Shown here: in pieces, positions 61,273-64,000 of the stretch
Numbering within the stretch: position 1 is the first letter of the stretch
Layout: every line of letters starts with the position of its first letter
NCBI GenBank assembly: GCA_028691955.1
Contig: JAQUYH010000005.1
Location: 14,777-78,776, forward strand
DNA length: 64,000 bases
DNA from: Bacilli bacterium
GTDB lineage: Bacteria > Bacillota_I > Bacilli_A > RF39 > UBA660
Direction: 5' to 3'
The notes under the pieces: generated by a model
Seen by the model: only the letters and a program-made list of their open reading frames with translations
The model's database searches: none
Told to the model about the DNA's origin: nothing
Translations under genes and position numbers: made by a program

Positions 61273-62146
61273 AAAAAGAGCCCTTGGGCGAGGATTAGAA
61301 CAGTTATTTAATAGCGATAACCTAGATTTAGGAGCTATTGAAAAACAAATCTATGAAAATGTATCAAACGAAGAAGTAATTAATATCAAATTAGAAGATC
61401 TAAGACCTAATCCATATCAACCAAGAAAAGTCTTTAAAGATTCAGCTCTTCAAGAACTAGCTGATTCAATTAAGCAGCATGGTGTTTTTCAACCAATAAT
61501 AGTAAAAAAAAGTATTAAAGGTTATGAAATAATTGCTGGTGAAAGAAGAGTTAGAGCATCCAAAATAGCCGGCCTTGAGAAGATACCTGCTATTGTTAAA
61601 GGATTTACTGATGAGCAAATGATGGAAATAGCTCTTTTAGAGAACCTTCAAAGAGAAAATTTAAACTCAATAGAAGAAGCCGAAGCTTATAAAAAAATGC
61701 TAGATAAATTAGAAATAACTCAAGAAGAACTTGCCAAAAAAGTTGGTAAAAGTCGTAGCCACATTACCAATATCATAGGATTACTTAGATTACCAAGAGA
61801 AATTCAAGACTTAATTGAAGAAGAAAAAATATCTATGGGTCATGCTAGGGTACTTTCTAAATTAGAAGATGATAGCAAAGTTATAGAAATAGCTAAAAAG
61901 ATTGTTTCCAATAATTTACCTGTTAGAGAAGTAGAGAAACTAGTAGACAGCTCAGAATTTGAAAGAAAAATAAAAATTGAAAGAAAAAAAAGGGAAACTA
62001 GTTCAGATTTTAAATATGTAGAAGACTTAATGACTGAAAAATTAGATTCAAAAGTAAGAATAAAAGAACACCAAGTTATTATTTCTTTTACCAATACTGC
62101 AGACTTAAAGAGAATACTAGAAATTTTAGACATAAAGGAAGATTAA
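61262..62146 (+). CDS. spo0J: chromosome partitioning protein ParB/Spo0J
   Basis: ALGRGL, NPYQPRK, GERRVRAS and the Spo0J-type HTH KSRSHITNIIGLLRLP...ISMGHARVL. Confidence 0.93.
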   Translation: MENKKRALGRGLEQLFNSDNLDLGAIEKQIYENVSNEEVINIKLEDLRPNPYQPRKVFKDSALQELADSIKQHGVFQPIIVKKSIKGYEIIAGERRVRASKIAGLEKIPAIVKGFTDEQMMEIALLENLQRENLNSIEEAEAYKKMLDKLEITQEELAKKVGKSRSHITNIIGLLRLPREIQDLIEEEKISMGHARVLSKLEDDSKVIEIAKKIVSNNLPVREVEKLVDSSEFERKIKIERKKRETSSDFKYVEDLMTEKLDSKVRIKEHQVIISFTNTADLKRILEILDIKED

Positions 62147-62147
62147 A

Positions 62148-62939
62148 ATGACCCAAGCTTTAACCAATCAAATAATATCTACATCTTTTATAGTAGTTAT
62201 CAGCACAATAATTTGGATAGTATTAAAAAGAATAATAAAACGTTTATTTAATTACAAATCTAAGAAAATTGACGAAAAAAAGCAAAAAACAATAGAAAGT
62301 TTGATATTCAATTTTGTTAAAGCTTTTATCTTTTTAATAGCTGCCTTAATGATTATGGAAGTATATGGAATTGACACCAAATCATTAGTAGCCTCTCTTG
62401 GAGTAGCTGGTTTAGTAATAGGTCTTGCTCTACAAGATTTACTAAAAGATTTTATATCAGGAATGACTATTATTTTTGAAAATCAATACTATATAGGAGA
62501 TATTGTAACAATCAATGGTTTTAAAGGAGAAGTAATATCCTTAACTATTAAAACGACCAAATTAAAATCATATGATGGTCAAGTTAAAATACTATCTAAT
62601 AGAGTTGTTACAGAAGTAGTAAACCACACAGTGGAAAACTCATTAGCCATAGTTGATATAGGAGTATCATATAATACAAATAATGACAAGGCCGAAAAAA
62701 TATTAAAAGAAGCTTGTGAAGAATTAACAAAAACCTTAAAAAAAATTAAAGGTAGTGTAGAATTACTGGGTATTCAAAGTTTATCCGATTCAGCTGTAAT
62801 ATATAGGATTGTAGTAGAAACTAAACCTATGGAGCACTACGAAATAGAGAGAATAATTAGAAAAAAAATAAAAGAAACACTAGATAAGAACAACATAGAA
62901 ATTCCATTTAATCAGGTGGTGATTCACAATGCTAAATGA
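62148..62939 (+). CDS. small-conductance mechanosensitive channel (MscS family)
   Basis: GVAGLVIGLALQDLLKDFISGMTIIFENQYYIGD and an MscS beta domain. Confidence 0.88.
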   Translation: MTQALTNQIISTSFIVVISTIIWIVLKRIIKRLFNYKSKKIDEKKQKTIESLIFNFVKAFIFLIAALMIMEVYGIDTKSLVASLGVAGLVIGLALQDLLKDFISGMTIIFENQYYIGDIVTINGFKGEVISLTIKTTKLKSYDGQVKILSNRVVTEVVNHTVENSLAIVDIGVSYNTNNDKAEKILKEACEELTKTLKKIKGSVELLGIQSLSDSAVIYRIVVETKPMEHYEIERIIRKKIKETLDKNNIEIPFNQVVIHNAK

Positions 62940-63114
62940 ATATAAATTAAACGACATAGTAGTTATGAAAAAACCACACCCTTGTGGAACAAACGAATGG
63001 GAAATAACTAGACTAGGAGCAGACATTAAAATCAAATGTGTTAAATGTGGAAGAAGTATTATGATGCCTAGAATTGAATTTAATAAAAAACTAAAAAAAG
63101 TGGTGGTAAAATGA
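62929..63114 (+). CDS. DUF951 family small protein (YyzM-like)
   Basis: LNDIVVMKKPHPCGTNEWEITRLGADIKIKCVKCGRSIMMPR, at the position of yyzM near spo0J in Bacillus. Confidence 0.8.
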   Translation: MLNEYKLNDIVVMKKPHPCGTNEWEITRLGADIKIKCVKCGRSIMMPRIEFNKKLKKVVVK

Positions 63115-64000
63115 AACACAAAAACAGACATTTAGGGCCTGTAACATCAATCTTAATTATCATGTTAATTGTTATGATAGTTACATCTCTTCTGTCTATA
63201 ATAGGATATGATGGGAAGCAAACAGAAATTATTAATGGAACATTAGAAAGTCATTTAATTACAGTTAACAATATTTTCTCAGCAGATGGATTAAAATATT
63301 TTTTTAGTAATGCATTAACAAATTTTCAAAACTTCGCACCATTATTCTATATGGTGATATCTCTAATTACTGTTGGAATCATGGATAAAAGTGGATTAAT
63401 AAAAAGCATGACCCAAAAAGTAAAAAAACTAAAATTTAAATATTTGACAATATTAATATTGATAATTAGTATTTTATTTACCTATATTGGAGAATATAGT
63501 TATGCTTTTTTAATTCCTTTGATTGCTTTAATATACAAAAAAATAGGGAAAAATCCTATTATTGGAATAATTACCGTTTTTAGTGGACTGACATTTGGTT
63601 ATAGCTTTGGCTGCCTATATAATAATTACACTTTAGGGATACTTACGGAAGCATCTGCCAGACTAGATGTTGATGCCAACTATACTTTTTCACTATTATC
63701 AACAATATATTTATCAATATTCGCTGCCATTATTATTGTTATTATATCTGCTAATATAATAGAAAAAAGAACAGCTTTAAAATTTAACAATCAAAATATT
63801 GAAGAAGATGATACAAAAGTAACAAAAGAAGCTAACCAATATACAATGATAGCCTTTATAAGCTGTATTATTATACTTATATTTACTATAATACCAAGTC
63901 AATTTTCAGGCGTATTATTGGATAAAACACAAATAGACTACGTTGAAAAACTATTTAGTTCAACATCTCCTTTTGGACAAGGACTACCATATATAATATT
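63111..64000 (+). CDS. AbgT-family transporter, N-terminal part (runs off window)
   Basis: Not in the ORF track. I translated it manually from the ATG at 63111 (ATGA overlap with the previous stop) and it stays open to position 64000. The block VNNIFSADGLKYFFSNALTNFQNFAPL...GIMDKSGL resembles the AbgT N-terminal signature. Confidence 0.7.
   Translation, partial: MKHKNRHLGPVTSILIIMLIVMIVTSLLSIIGYDGKQTEIINGTLESHLITVNNIFSADGLKYFFSNALTNFQNFAPLFYMVISLITVGIMDKSGLIKSMTQKVKKLKFKYLTILILIISILFTYIGEYSYAFLIPLIALIYKKIGKNPIIGIITVFSGLTFGYSFGCLYNNYTLGILTEASARLDVDANYTFSLLSTIYLSIFAAIIIVIISANIIEKRTALKFNNQNIEEDDTKVTKEANQYTMIAFISCIIILIFTIIPSQFSGVLLDKTQIDYVEKLFSSTSPFGQGLPYII

Overview
This window is the origin-of-replication region of a low-GC (roughly 30% by eye) Bacillota-type chromosome. 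It uses the standard genetic code (TGA is used as a stop, Trp is TGG). Coding strand switches at about 24.7-25.0 kb. To the left, genes are on the minus strand: metK, rpiB, rpmE, murA, fba, mfd, pth, rsmI, ricT, holB, recR, ybaB, dnaX, tadA, SRP RNA, gyrA, gyrB, recF, comK-like, dnaN, dnaA. To the right, genes are on the plus strand: rpmH, rnpA, yidC, jag, mnmE, mnmG, rsmG, noc-like, then uvrB, lgt, trxB, whiA, eno, tatD, rsmA, ung, tilS, ftsH, rplI, dnaB, soj, spo0J. DnaA-box clusters flank dnaA on both sides, so this is a bipartite oriC. Most of the window is housekeeping and syntenic with the Bacillus subtilis origin region.

The one clear accessory insert is a complete diversity-generating retroelement (DGR) at about 43.4-47.6 kb, between eno and tatD. 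Its parts, in order:
- a 656-aa target protein with a type IV prepilin leader;
- a small MutS-domain-I-like ORF;
- an Avd-like four-helix ORF;
- a reverse transcriptase with YMDD and the DGR-type IGxxxSQ motif;
- an 87-bp template repeat (TR) that matches the 3' end of the target gene (VR) except at 12 positions, all of them adenines in TR.

Other notable items:
- four consensus parS sites packed into about 230 bp around the SRP RNA gene;
- a Noc-type ParB paralog with a roughly 320-aa acidic/Pro-rich insertion and no N-terminal amphipathic helix, plus a perfect Noc-binding-site palindrome inside rsmI;
- a ComK homolog between recF and dnaN;
- a SAM riboswitch upstream of metK.

I saw no rRNA, tRNA, CRISPR array, transposase or integrase. 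All protein calls come from recognising motifs by eye in the supplied translations; no database search was run.
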